Shown: positions 50,403-63,157, numbered from the stretch's first letter. The stretch is DNA of 64,000 bases from Moniliella sp. 'wahieum' (GCA_003971905.1 RSEE01000087.1:62001-126000); one strand, 5' to 3'. Numbers and translations: made by a program. The notes: generated from the sequence alone by a model not told the origin.

Positions 50403-53203
50403 ATGCCGGCGCCCCCCCCCTGTGACTGCTGCCACCGCCCCCCCCGCCATCCTCGCTCTCCCGCCGCCCCCATGCAGCTCCAGCTCAAGGGCCACGTCTT
50501 CCGCCGCCACGACGCCTCCCGCGATCGCCCGCCCGCCCCCCCGCCGCCTCTGTCCCCGCCCCTGCCCCTGCCCCCCTCCCGCCCCCGCTGCCTCTGTCGC
50601 CTCCGCCCCACCCGCCGTGCCATCGCCCGCCCCCACCCCCTCCCTCTCCCCCACCCCCTCCCCGCCCGCCCTCCCTCGGCCGCCGTCCCGAGCGACGCCC
50701 GCCGCTTCTTCGCTCCCCCCCACCATCCGCACCCCCTCCTCCTCCGTCCCGCCCGCCGCGCCCGAGCCCGCCTCGGCCGCCCCCTCACCGCATCCCCCAG
50801 CGCGTCCGGCCCAGCTCCTCCGCTTCCCCTCCGGCCTCCGACCCCCAGCTGCTGGGCCACTACCAGTTGCGCCTCGCCGAGCTTGCCACAAGACCTTCCT
50901 CCCTGCGCCACTGGTTCGTCCCAGCTGCACAACGCCACCAACATTACCTCGGCTTGGCCCCGCGGACCCGCGCCGCCGGCGCCAGCGCCGTCCCTTCCCT
51001 CGACGTGGTCGCCTACCAGGGCACCCGTCTCCGGACCGGCGCAAGACCCTCGAGCTGGCCGAGACCGTGGCCGAGCAGCTGAACCATGCTGCTCAAATCG
51101 ACTCGTACCTGCTCCGTGCCGTTGCCCGCCAAATCCTCCGTGCCCTCACTCTGTTTGCCAACCGCATCGACAGCCTGATGGTCAACCCCCTCCCGCGACC
51201 CGCAGACGATGATCATTCCTCTCACCGCCAAGGAGGCCCGCGTATTGCCCCCGCGATGGAATTCAACGTCGGCCTCGCTACTACCGCGTGGATTCTGGAG
51301 GATGCACTGGAGCGTACCCTCGCCCCGCCCATGCCGCCTTTTGTCGCAGATCTGCTGACGCCCGTCCCAAGCAAATCGAGGCGTCCATCTTGCATGTCAT
51401 CACCCCCATCCTTGCCGGCGAACGCGCAGCACTCAGTGAACCACTCTCTCCGTGCCGTGCCGCGCCCCTTTGCGCCGTCGGTCGAACCCGAGCCGGGATG
51501 GGACAAGGAACTGGAACCTCGTCTGGCAGCGGCCCGGCTGCTGCTCGTATCCCGCATCGAGGCACGTACCTCGCAAGATGGCGAGGGCTGGTTCATCTCT
51601 ACCGCTATTCAGACGCTGTGGAAGGCGCTTCTGGTGCTCAGCTCACGACACCAAGAACCGGTGTACGCAGCGGGCTTGGGCGCTCCTACGGGGGCGACCG
51701 CGGTGGCCAGCCACCCGCCGACGGAGAAAGGGGAGACGAAACGCACCCCCACCCCGGCGCAACTGACCTCGGCGTTGAAGGCGGTTGCGCTCCCGGCCAA
51801 GCCGCGGCAAGAACGGCCGCACTTGCCTACCATGTCGGTGAGCGGATGGAGCACGCCCAACCGGACCATGGGCCCTGTGCTCACGCCGTGCCATCCCGAG
51901 GACTGGAGCGTCGTTCCTGGCGGCGGCGCTTTCCGTCCGCTCAAGACGGCTCAGGTGCTGGGCGACCTGGAACGGTTCGACCACTTTTCCGTGGGTTTGT
52001 GCAGGGCTTCCTGCCGGACAACCTGTCGCTTCCGGACGAGGAAAGCGAGTCGGAAGATTCGCTGCTGCCGGACGAGGAGGACGAACTGGCACGTCTCGCG
52101 TTGGCTGAAGCGTCAACGCACTGAGCAGCACCCGTCATGCTCTGCACGCACTCCAATCCAACCCCGAATCGTTGGCTCACGCCTTGGCGCCTCGCCCGGC
52201 GCGTGCCTCGCCCAAAGCAAAGAGCGACACGGTCACGGCCTTCCGCGCCACTCCACCCTTGATCCTCTTGCACATTCTCTACTGCCCTTGCCCGTCGGGG
52301 AGGATGCACCGGCCATCCCCCCGCCACACGAGGCGTTTGGGTACAGCTGGGACGCGTACCAATCCGCCTTGGGTGGGTTCTCATCCAACCTGACTTGGGC
52401 ACGGTCGTTGTTGGGTCATTGGCGACCGCACGTCTTGGCCTCGATGCGCAAGGTGGAGCAGGCGATCCAATCCCTGGTGGCACACCAACCGCCTTCGCTC
52501 CCCCCGGGTACGGCTCCTGGTTCAGGTCCCGGTGCCGGTTCCGCTGCAAGCGGCCGGGACGGAAGCTGTGTATCGACGACGCCCATGTTGACGATTGCCG
52601 GCGCAGCAGACGGGGAGGAAGCGCCGCTGCGTCGGACACTATCTGCGCACTCGCTCTCCTCCCAAGCATCCGTGACATCAGAAGAGTTGGAAGCCATGGT
52701 GACTTCCACCCCGGCCTTGGGCACGCACGCGCGGGAAGAACCGAAGCGGCGCTTCCACCTGCTGGCACCCAAGAAACGTAACTCGACCCCTGTGCCGCTC
52801 AAGGGAACCGGGACCAACGTGAGCTCCAAGCCAGCTGCTCCTTCGCTCTTACGTCGCGCCGTCAGTCCAGCCGTGCGCGTCTCGCGCTCCTCCACCCCCA
52901 GTCGCGGACCTAGTCGCGGACCCAGTCGCGCTTCCAGTCGCCGCACCTCGCTCACATTTACTGATGCACGCGAGGGCGGACAAGGAGGAACAGGAAAAAC
53001 ACGCTTCGCCCGACCTGAACCTCAACTCCAACTCCAACCCCAACTCCAACCTTACCCCGATGCGGGACGAGTGGGCATTGGAACGGTTGTATTCCCAGCG
53101 CCGCACCCTGGCTCGGTTTGCGCTCGACTTGGAGGCCATCGCAGCCCATGTCGGCTTGCCCTCGTACAGCTTGACTTTGGCCCCCGGGCCCTCGGGCGCT
53201 TGA
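50403..53203 (+). CDS. Uncharacterised protein: Pro-rich N-terminus plus a helical domain resembling the COG5 C-terminal region
   Basis: Long + ORF 50422-53460 with frameshifts; helical core [80 protein letters not shown]. The COG5 similarity is from recall only. Confidence 0.55.
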
Positions 53204-54598
53204 CCTTTCTTGGCCTTTCGGCTCCTCCCGGTCGCACCCATAAGTCTGCATCCCTCCTCCTTCCCTCGCTTCCCCTTCCCCCTTCCCTTCCCCCAGTTTC
53301 AGTTACCTTGGTTTCTTGGTTTTGTTCCCTTTGGCCTCTCCCCCCCCCCCCCCCCCCCTCCCCGTTTCTTTCTTTCTTTCTGTCTTTCTCCCTTGCTTTC
53401 TACACACTTTCTTTCTCCCCCGCCCCTTTCGTTTTTTCGTTTTTCGGTCGGTCCTCGTGATGCACATAGTGTGTCCCCCCCCACCCCCCCTTCCTAGCCG
53501 GTTCCGGTCTCGGTCCCGGTCCTGGTCTGGTGCCCCTTTAGTTTCCGTCTTGTCTTCCTGGCCCGTGCGCCCTCCTCCTTCCCTTTCCTCTAGTTCTTTA
53601 GCCTCCGTTGCTATCTAGCGACGTTGAGCTCGCCCTCTCCTCCCCTCCCATTCTCTCCTCTCCGTCTGGTGACGTTGAGCTTGTTCCCCTTCATCAGTTC
53701 CGATACAAAATCACTGGCCCTGGCTGGTCATCGGTCATCCCCGGTCCTGTTGGTCCTCCACCTGGCTGCTGCTCTTCCCGTAGAGTAACCCCCCTCACCC
53801 CTCACCACAGGGTACGCAACCATTAACGTTTAACATTATGGAGTCGTCAGCTCCCGCGTTGGGCTTGGGGATGGCGAACGTTGAGCGTGTTGAACGCTCG
53901 GCCGACGTAAAAAGTTCGTTTCGACGTTCGGCCTGTTTATCCGTGAGTAGTGACTAGAGAAGTCCGAGCCAGTTATACCGGGGAACCAGAAGTGACTAGT
54001 GCTAGTGAAGCTTGAAGCTTGAAGCTTTGAAAGCTTGAAGGGGGAAAACGTAGATGCAGGCGTCAGTAATGCTAATGCTCAGAAGCTCAGTGTGCGAAGA
54101 CAGCTGCCAGCGGCAGTCCTAGTCAGCTAGTCAATGCCAAAAACGTCCATGGCGCCTTGTGCCTAGCCAGCCCAGTCCCTAGTCCAGATTGTGCCACTTC
54201 AATGAGGCTGAGGCGTCAATGAGGCTGAGGCGCCGAGGCTGAGCACTCGGCCAGTCCCTCCCGGCGTCGCAAGGGAAAGTAAGTCCGAGCCACTAATTCC
54301 CGCGATTGCAACGACGGATGATCGATGATCGATGATGATCGATGATTGATTGAATCGATTAATCGATTGCATGCCATCTCGCTATGTCCGGCCCCACTTC
54401 TGGTTCGACTCAGTCATCGTGAGCTACATCCGCTCTTATCTATATACCCGTTTGCTGAGGGTTCTGCCGTACGAAGAAGAACCCACCTCGGTCTGTGGAC
54501 AACTTGGACCTCCATCCTCCATCGCCAGGCCCAGCCAGCAAGCAGCCCAGCACCCATCCTGCCTCCACTTGCCCCCTCCTTCCTCTTCCCTCTGCACC

Positions 54599-55904
54599 AT
54601 GTCCCACCTGGTCATCGTCGGCGGCGGCGTGATCGGCCTGAGCATCGGCATCACCTACCTGCAGCAGCACCCCGACGCCCACGTCACGCTGGTCGCGCGC
54701 GACCTGCCCGCGTTGCCCACGAGCGTTGCGTGTGGCGGTACGCGCGGCCCTGGACGCACCTGGCCACTGGTGCAGGCTGGCCATCCAGCGAGCTATGCTT
54801 CGGCGTACGCCGGCGCGCACCACGTGAGTGCCGGTGGGCCCGAACTGGGCTGGGAGAAAACCACATTTGGGGTGCTGCAAGCCTTGCTGGAAGTGCAACC
54901 ATGGCGCGAGGTGTATTCGGGATGTAGCAACGTGCATGCGCAACCGCTGGTGTGGGTGGAACAAGTGGAAGTGCACCAACTTGCTACGCCCCCGGCCTCC
55001 TGGCGGGCGGCACTGGAATGGTACCCGTCTTTCCGCTGGCTCTCGGACGAAGAAACGGCGCACTTGCCGCTGGGCAAGTCGGGATGTACGTTTCGCACGA
55101 TTGACATTGTAGTGCCGCTCTACCTTCCGTGGCTGCGGTACCGGTTCGAGCAGTTGGGTGCAAGGTGGTACATGAGCACGTGGCGTCCCTCTCTCAGGCT
55201 GTTGCACTTGCGACGGCCCAAACGTCCGTGCCCGTCACAGGTCTTGTCAATGCTGCCGGAAGCGGGGCGCGGGAGTTGGACGAGGTACAAGACCAAGGGT
55301 GTTACCCCGTGCGCGGGCAAGTGGTGCGTGTGCAAGCCGATCGATGCACGACGAGCGTGCGGCGCCCATGGCTGCTTTCCGCCGGGCGGACAGCCACCAC
55401 GCCCTCCCGCCCGTCCCGCCCGCTCGCTCCATACCAAGGGTTCAGCCACACGGTCGCAGCGGGCTTTCGCGACGTGTACGCCATTCCCATGGGCAATGGC
55501 GAATTCGTCTTGGGCGGCACGCGCTTGGCCCATGATTACGACCCCAACGTGCGGCCCGAGACAACACGCGCCATCCTCGAGGCTAACCTGCGCGTTTACC
55601 CGGACCTATCCACCGACGGCACCGTAGAGGGCGTCACGATCAACGCCGTGGCAGTGGGCTTGCGCCCAGCTCGGACCGGCGGGGCCAAAGTGGATCGAAG
55701 TTGGTTCGAGGTGGACGAGGCACGGCGCAATGTACCGCTCGTGTCGGCATATGGGTTTGGTGGGGTCGGGTACCAGTCCTCGTGGGGCGCTGCCGCCGAG
55801 GTGGTAGCCTTATTGGACGCTCCTGGTCGGAAGTCAATGGCCTTGCTCACCAGCCCCCCACCGTCACAGCCACCGCATCCAACATGGACAAACCTAAGCT
55901 CTGA
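54599..55904 (+). CDS. DAO: FAD-dependent D-amino-acid / D-aspartate oxidase
   Basis: Rossmann motif LVIVGGGVIGLS, YASAYAGAH, VNAAGSGA, PVRGQVVRV, FVLGGT, VGLRPAR, AYGFGGVGYQSSWGAA. Frameshift near 55160; probable true end ..DKPKL* at 55904. Confidence 0.9.
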
Positions 55905-57229
55905 GTGGGCGAGAGGTAATGCGGTTGGTTTCGGTTTCGGTTTAGGGTGCCGAAACACGGTGCCGAAACACCAAGGCCTACCCTTCCTGTATGGATCCCT
56001 ATCCATTTTTGTTGCCCATTGTTTGAATACCAAAAGAGAGTCAGATGAGCTGTTATATCTTTCGGCCTTGCTCTTGCATTGCTGTCGTCGTCGCCGCGGT
56101 GGCCCGGGGGAATGTCGAAGACCAGTTGGGCCTGCGTCGCAGTGCGCGTACGTGACACCAAGGAACTTGGTTCAGGGCAGACAGGCGAGCAGGATCCAGT
56201 GTTAGCCGTAGCTTTTCGAGGATGGACGATGGATCAGTTCGAGATCGATATTTGCTCACGCCGCTGTATCAGCATCTGCGCGGGTACACCCTCTGGCACG
56301 ATGACAGGACATGGAGCCCTCCGGCTCTGGCCCCGCGCCAGGACCTCATCCTAGTGGGAACCGCCGGGCGACCTGGCACTCCTCCTCAGGTTCCACTCTT
56401 CGTCCCTCTGAGGTAGGCGGTGCGGGGGGTGGTCATTACGTTCTCAGTGACGACATCATACGCCGCTCACCTACATCCCTTCAGCAGGGACGACGCAAGC
56501 TGTACCAGGACGTCACCCTTGGTGATGAGACCTCAAATTAGGATGGCTCTTGAAGGGGATGCAATCGCACTAGCGGTGGTGATGGTGGTGGCAATGGTGG
56601 TGGCCGTAGTGGTGCAAGCCGGAGGTGGCAATCTGATACATACACTTCTGCTAGTACATCAACATCAAGCAGCCACTCGCCACCGAGCCTGGCTGCGGCC
56701 CAGGGAAACCCGAAGCGCCACCCAGCGGCACCCCTAGGCCTGAAGAAGGTTCGAAGGCGTCTTGGCCCAGCGCACGAGCCACCGCATGGACTCTGCTGGC
56801 GTTACATGCCGACGGCCGAGCAGGACGCGAAGCAAGGGAAAGCAAGGAGGTGCACGGTCCAACCGATCGCGTAGCCAAACGCCGGTGCGCCCCAGAGGCT
56901 CCTGCAGTCCTTGCTCGCTGAGCTGAACATCTATCCGACGGGCTAGCGGAGGCCTCTTACCCTCGTCGGGGCACGATCCTCGTCTATGCACTCACCACAA
57001 GCCCTGATGGACGCCGAATCGATGTCAGACCAATGCCAAACCTACGTCGGCTATGATCAGCTCCTCCCGGCGCGACGGTACAGGGTAGAAGGTATCGGAT
57101 TCCTGTGGTCATCTAGGTCGTAGGGTACGGTGCTGGGTACGCGGAACTACGGCAAGTGGTAGTGACGCGGCTGGTAGGGCGTGTGCGCCGGGCGCGAGTG
57201 CTTGGGCGGGGCGGGACGCGGGGATGGCT

Positions 57230-58337
57230 TCAATCCGTCTTTGCCGCCGTCTTTGCCGCCGTCTTTGCCGCCGTCATCGTCGTCGTCTTGACCTCCTCCG
57301 CCGCCGCCACCACCACCTCCGCCGTCTTCATCGTCATCATTGTCATCATCAGTGCCGTCTCCACCACCCCCACCTCCTCCACCTCCTCCCCCGCCTCCTC
57401 CACCGCCTCCACCGCCACCTCCTCCACCTCCACCTCCACCTCCACCCCACCTCCACCTCCACCTCCACCTCCACCTCCACCTCCACCTCCACTCCTCCAC
57501 CTCCACCACCGCCGCCTCCACCTCCTCCCTCCACCCCCCCCCCTCCTCCACCCCCACCGCCACCTCCTCCTCCCCCTCCGCAACGAGAACGAGATCACCA
57601 AGGCGGGCTTCGAGACCGAGGCCAACCCTACGCCGGCCTTCCAAGCGGCCTTCGAAGCTGGGGCAGAAGTCAGGGTAGCAGGGAGGAGGGGTTGGGAGCG
57701 GTGGTCACCCAGTCGGGTGGGGACGGGGTGAGCCAGAGCGCCGAAACCTGGTCAGAGAAAGAACGAAGCGTGGCAGCTGTCGTGGTGGCAGGGGAGCGCG
57801 GAAGGTGGAGATGCGGTGCGCGATGGACGAAATACGTTACCACCTCGGGTACGTCACCGAGGTGGGTGAGGTCGTACGTGGCGACGTGCAGGGCCGAGAG
57901 TAAGTCCAGGTGACCGTACAGGCTGTCGTGGTGCAAACGCTGGAGAAACGTGACGCGCACGACGCGGTGGCAGTGCACCTCCACCACCATTTCCTTCAGC
58001 AGTGGCCAAGAGAGGATGGTAGTGAGATGAGGCGGAAGCGAGAGCAGACGCGTGTGGGCGAGAGAGAGACAGACAGGCCGAGCCGGCTCGGAATGGCAAG
58101 GCAGCGCCAGAGCACCTGTTCTTCCAAGGTTTGAACCCAGTGGGCGGCAAGCCAGGGCCGGGTGCCGTCGAGCGGCGGGTAGGCTTCCAGCGCCGAGAGC
58201 AGCGCCGGTCCGATGGCGGCGGCGGAGGCGGAGGCGCGGGGGGCGCAGGGGGGCGGGGTTACGTAGATCCACTCCTCTTCCTCTTTCTCTCCTTGCTCCT
58301 CGATCCCTTCGTTGAAGTCGCGTTTCTCATGATGCAT
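57230..58337 (-). CDS. Hypothetical protein with a low-complexity E/V-rich C-terminus
   Basis: Overlapping minus ORFs 57996-58343, 57670-58272 and 57230-57625 can be joined by frameshifts; no family recognised. Confidence 0.35.
57290..57575. repeat. (CCA/CCT/CCG)n and (CCTCCA)n microsatellite mosaic
   Basis: Tandem cctccacctcca... directly visible. Confidence 0.9.
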
Positions 58338-59703
58338 GGGCATCGGTGGTGGTCCAGAGATGGTGGTGGAGAAGCACTATGCCGTGGGCGCGGGGACGGT
58401 AGCGAACGGTCGCACCGGCAGTGACTAGTGAACGGCTCACGAGGCGCAGGTAAAAGGAACAAAACAATTCGATGTTCGCAATGAGGCGGGTTTCGTTCGA
58501 TTCTGTCGCCAGAAAATAAACACTGGCAGCGCATGGTCATGGTGAAGGCCCCGAATCAATTCCGCCTCTCGCCAGGTCTTCCTTTTTCTTAACGCTCTGT
58601 TCTAAGTCTGAGCTGTGTTCATGAGGAACGATTGGGCACCACCACCTGGGGCTAGGCCCTAGGTCTGTTCCTTAGTTCTGTTCGTTCTTGGAGGGAACTG
58701 CCTGTGTCTTGCTCTTCCCGCCATTGAAAGTACACTCTCTGGGCCCTGACTATAGGGCGTGTCGCCTCCAGATTCCCTGGGCGATTACGCCAAACGGGCG
58801 ATTGAACGATCCACGCAATGATCACATGCAAACCCCCTGAGCGCCACGTGGGATAAAGATAGTCGCCAGCAACTCGCGAGCTGGAAGGATGGTGCCAGCG
58901 TGGCCAAGCAGATCAGGGGCAGAGGAGGTGTTGGCCAAGCATCTACCTTGCCACTGCAGACGCTACGACAGCATGCACATCATGCTTCCCCTCACCCACC
59001 GCCTTGTCTCGATTGTGCCTCGCTCGGCACAGGGCCAGTGTGTTGGCGAACGTCTATATACGGGCCGCCCAGCCGCTTACTCAAGAGCCAGTAGGGGCGA
59101 ATTATCGAGCGGCCCAGTGCGTCGTCCTCCTCGGCACCGCCGACCTGCCCCCCCCCCCCACCAGCCGATCGTGGTGCAACGCTCAGCGTTCATTGGCCGC
59201 ATCCTTCACACGCCTGCTTCACCGTCCACACCCCCACAGGCCGCCGCGTCTGGCGCTGAGACACGCACCGCGACCAGAGTTAGACACATCCAACGGGCCA
59301 ACCGCGCGTTCGCCTTTCCGGCACGTGGCTACGTAGCCGCCCGAATAGTCTTTTGGCAGACCGTGAGGCCCAATCGGCCACATCCGCAGGCCTTCTTCAG
59401 GGGCACTGCCCACGCCGCCATCGTCCACTTCCTCCCCCCCACCACCTCCTCTTCTCCATCCAGCGTGCCTCTGAGCTGGCCTCTTGGGCTTCCATCCCTC
59501 CCCGTTTCCTTGGCCTCAACTGGTTGTTGCCTCCCCCCCCACCCCACCGACCTGGTTTTGTCGGTTTGTCACCATCCCGGACCGGCCTCCCCCCCCCCCT
59601 CTAATCCCTTCCTCAGCACGCTTGAAGCGCCCATTTCCATCAGGTATGCCTTGTGATGCGTGCTTGCTCGTGTCCGCTGTGATGCTAACCATCCGACGCA
59701 GCT

Positions 59704-62700
59704 ATGGTATCAATCAAGTTTACTGTCTTGCCTGGGCCATGGGCTGTGCCCTGGTCCAGGCTGTCTCCCTCCCCCGGCATCAGAGCTCAACCTCCATGCC
59801 CGAAACGCGGTGGGCCAAGCAGTGGTGCACTTGCCAGGGCACAAGGCCGCCGTCTTCCTTGGTGGCCGCTCCCAGCAAGGAGATCTGCTGCACCGCGCCG
59901 ACGTGCTCAACATCTCCGCTCTTAACCTCGGCCATGACCTTTCCCAGGTTTGGTCCTCCCCTCCCCCTCCCCAAGGAGTGCCAGCCTCAACGTTCGCCTC
60001 GGCTGTGCCTCTGTCCAACAACTCCTTCCTCCTCCTGGGTGGGGAGAGTGACACCATGCGCCGCCGCTCCTGCCTATCTGTTTTCCGGTCACGAGGGAAG
60101 TCTGAATGGGACGTGGCGTGCCCTCAACTCTTCCTCGGCAGTGTATGAACGGACCCACGTCCAGGCCCTTGCCGTGCACAACACCACTTCGCACCAGGAC
60201 ACCATTTTCGTTGCTGGGCAGGCGCGTGCTCGTGCCGGCTGCCCCGACATTCCCCGTAACCTCTCCCTCGCGACAACCGAGAAGTGGGTCGTTACTTCGG
60301 AAGCCAATCAGGTGGGTATGGCCATCAACGTTAAGCCTATTCCGCGGCACTTGAGGCGGGACGTGCCTGTGCGGGACTACGCTGCGGTCCCGCTGAAAGG
60401 CGAGAAGGGCACGGAGAAGCTGCTCTAACCTCGTGGGTTGACCTCGGAAAAGCAAGTGATCAGTCTACGCCACATCTGGGCCCTCGAGGTCAGCACGGGG
60501 GAATGGAGCCGGGTCAAGACGGCGGGTGTGATTGAGGGGGGGCTGTATGGACATACGGCCACCCTGATGCCCGACAACAAAGTCGTCGTTGTTGGCGGCT
60601 ACAAGGCAACTGGGAAAAAAAAACCATGTCTTCCTCCACTTTTGTTCTCGACCTCAATGTCTCCCCCCCCACCTGGTCCCTTTCCGCCTCCTCCTCCCCC
60701 CCGTCTTCCACTCGGCCTTTGCCGTCGGACACAAGCTGATCATTGCCTTTGGCAAGACTGCTTCCACGTCCAAGCGAGCTGGTCCGGAGGATGTGATGTT
60801 CTTTGATTCACGCACTGGATCGTGGTCCAACAGTTCCATGCAGCTGCCCCGTGACCTCCAGTACCGTGACTGCCTCGACGGCTTCGGCCGCCTCCTCCTC
60901 GCCCGTACACAGTTCGGCGAGCCATGCTGCTCGCAGTCGACTCGTGTCCCCTCCACTCGCACGGTCACACTATGCAAGGCCACAGCTCCATCTCCTCCAA
61001 CCCGATCTACTCTACTGTTTGGCCCGTCAGTTGGTTCGCAAGGGACCCTCACTGGCCCGCTGCCAGTTCCATCCTCAGGGGCCAACGTGCAAAGCGCGCC
61101 GGTCTCTACGGGCAGTGGCAGCCACAAGATGATGGACGTACCTTGGCCGCCATTCTTGCCCCACCCTGAGTGTGGCATTTGCGCTGATCCTATGGTTATT
61201 GTTTGGCTTGTGCGTGTGGCGTACGTGCACCGGCGCAAGGCGCAGAAGAAGCTGGAACAACCGATGCCGAGTCCCCCTATGATGTCTTCCTTGCCGCGGG
61301 GCGTGCCCCAGACCCGCCGCCCATCGAGAGCAGCACCACCCTCGCGAGCCAAAGTCAAGAATGGAAGAAACTGAGCAGCATGCACTCGTCCTGGTCCCCT
61401 ATTGAGACGCCTGAGCCAGCGAAGCTGCCTAGCATGGACAAGTACACTGCGGTGCAAAGCAGCTCGGTGCGCAACCTGCACAACTTCCGCGGCAGGGCGA
61501 GTATTAAGCGGGAAAGGGAGACCGCGCGCTTCCACGCCGCTGTCCAAGCCGAGCCCGAATCGCCCGCCATGTCCCAACGGATGGACGAAGCGAGTTGGCT
61601 GGCCTCAGCGCGGATCCCTGTGCCTGAACCCGTGCTTACCCCCGTTCCCACCGGCATGACGAGCAGGACAAGTGAGCCAGCGGCCACCTCGCCCATTTTG
61701 GAGGACACGCAGCGGACCGCGTCGCCGGGGCCAGAGGAGCTGTGTCCGACCCTGAGGCAGAGACGCAGTCGGTCCAAGCTGTGTCTCAAGCTTCGGCAGC
61801 CGCTGGGGTAGGTCTTCGGGACCAGCCTGGCCCTTCGCACCGACGTGAGAGCGGTTGGTTTGACTTCATAACCGAACGCACTCCCAGCGGGAGCGAAAAA
61901 CGCCTACTGTTCCGTCCGTCGGGACCGAGTCGTTGGTGGACCCCTTTGCTACTCAACAGGAGCTCACAGCCCCTCAGCCCGTCGAGCAAGAAGAGGAAAA
62001 TCCGCCCTCGTGGCTCCAGCACTCGCCTATCGCTCACCCTCACCTTCGATGCACTCAGCCCGCTCCCTCACCCCCGCCTTCCTTCCTCCCCGGCCGCATT
62101 CCGGCCTGTCTCGTCCCCGCCGGCCCTCCACTCTCCATCAACAAGGCACCCAGTCGTACCCCGTCAGGACGTCCTTTGCCCCCTGCCCCCGCCGGTCGTA
62201 CCCCGTCACATACGAGGCGCTCTACATCCCCCGCTGCGCCGGCGCCCGGATCCCTGGGGCAAACGGTGGCCGTGTCTTCGCCGACAACTGCCGTGTCTCC
62301 TTTCGAGAGTGGTGCAGAGGAGGCACGATGGCGGTCGAGCGGGCGCGCGTGCCAGTGCCTAGCTCGCAATCCCGGCCGTATTCGGGACAGGAAGCGCGTG
62401 TACGAAGGCGGGAAGAAGAACGCCTGTATCGTACCATGCACCATCGGTTCAGTCTGGTGCGAACGCCAGCGTCGGTGCGCGTCGTCTGTCGGTCCCTCAT
62501 GCGCGCATGATGATCCCAGTGTGCTGCTGGCTGGAGCCGCCGGAGCTGGTATGGCTGGCGTGGTCGCAAAGCATCTTGCAACCGCGTGCGAGTGCGCTGT
62601 ACGCGCCCTCGGAAGGCAGTCGCGCCTCCTCTCCCACTCCGTCGGAACGACTGTTTGCGCCCGAGGGGCAATGGGCGTGCCCCGGCGTATCGGCTGTCGC

Positions 62701-62745
62701 AGACTCGCCCTTCAATTTCCCCAGTTCCGATTCGCTCTGAGCTAG
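59704..62745 (+). CDS. Kelch/galactose-oxidase-type beta-propeller protein, predicted signal peptide plus single TM and disordered tail; 3' end uncertain
   Basis: Intron 59644-59701 ends just before ATG 59704; signal-like MVSIKFTV..LAWAMGCALVQA; kelch motifs AAVFLGG, FLLLGGE, WSRVKTAG..LYGHTATLMPDNKVVVVGG, FHSAFAVGHKLIIAFG; S/T-rich stalk; hydrophobic stretch at ~61140-61215. Confidence 0.7.
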
Positions 62746-62875
62746 CCCCCATCTCTGGTGCCTCTTACGCGCCATACCCCTTCTCCCTCATGTCATCTAT
62801 GCTCTACCTTTGTCGATTGAAGTCGTTTGGCTATTTTTTTTTCGCGGGAGCACAGACCGTGCGTGCTACATTTAG

Positions 62876-63157
62876 GGAAGGAAAGAAAGGAAAGGAAAGA
62901 AAGGAAAGGAAAGGAAAGGAAAGGAAAGGAAAGGAAAAGGAAAAGGAAAGGAAAAAGGAAATAAAAGGAAAGGAAAGGAAAGGAAAGGAAAGGAAAAAGG
63001 AAAAGGAAAGGAAAGGAAAGAAAGGAAAGGAAAGGAAAGGAAAAAAGGAAAGGAAAGGAAAGGAAAGGAAGGAAAAAGGAAAGGAAAGGAAAGGAAAGGA
63101 AAGGAAAGGAAAGGAAGAAAGGAAAGGAAAGGAAAAGGGGAAAGGAAAGGAAAGGAA
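62876..63157. repeat. ~280-bp (GGAAA/AAAGG)n polypurine pentanucleotide satellite
   Basis: Almost pure A/G tract of aaagg units with A-run length variants and a single T. Confidence 0.97.

Noticed and set aside
48854..50944. 696-aa minus-strand ORF and similar long antisense or shadow ORFs throughout
   Set aside because: GC-rich stop-poor sequence; only the SNARE part is real, and the rest overlaps promoter DNA and the opposite-strand gene
11348..53203. Functional gene cluster for endomembrane trafficking (Stealth x2, VPS11, PAH1, SNC1, COG5-like)
   Set aside because: Interspersed with unrelated housekeeping genes; no evidence beyond chance without synteny data
11348..55904. Pervasive frameshifts read as mass pseudogenisation or programmed frameshifting
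   Set aside because: They hit essential genes (RAD21, TAF9, SNC1, VPS11, PAH1) whose motifs are otherwise intact and often fall in homopolymers; long-read indel error is the simple explanation
56210..57150. Possible gene or transposon relic between DAO and the hypothetical protein
   Set aside because: Only short ORFs; no recognisable domain, terminal repeats or target-site duplication
57147..57913. Poly-Pro, poly-Gly and poly-His ORFs in several frames
   Set aside because: Produced by a stop-free CCN microsatellite; at most one minus-strand frame is real
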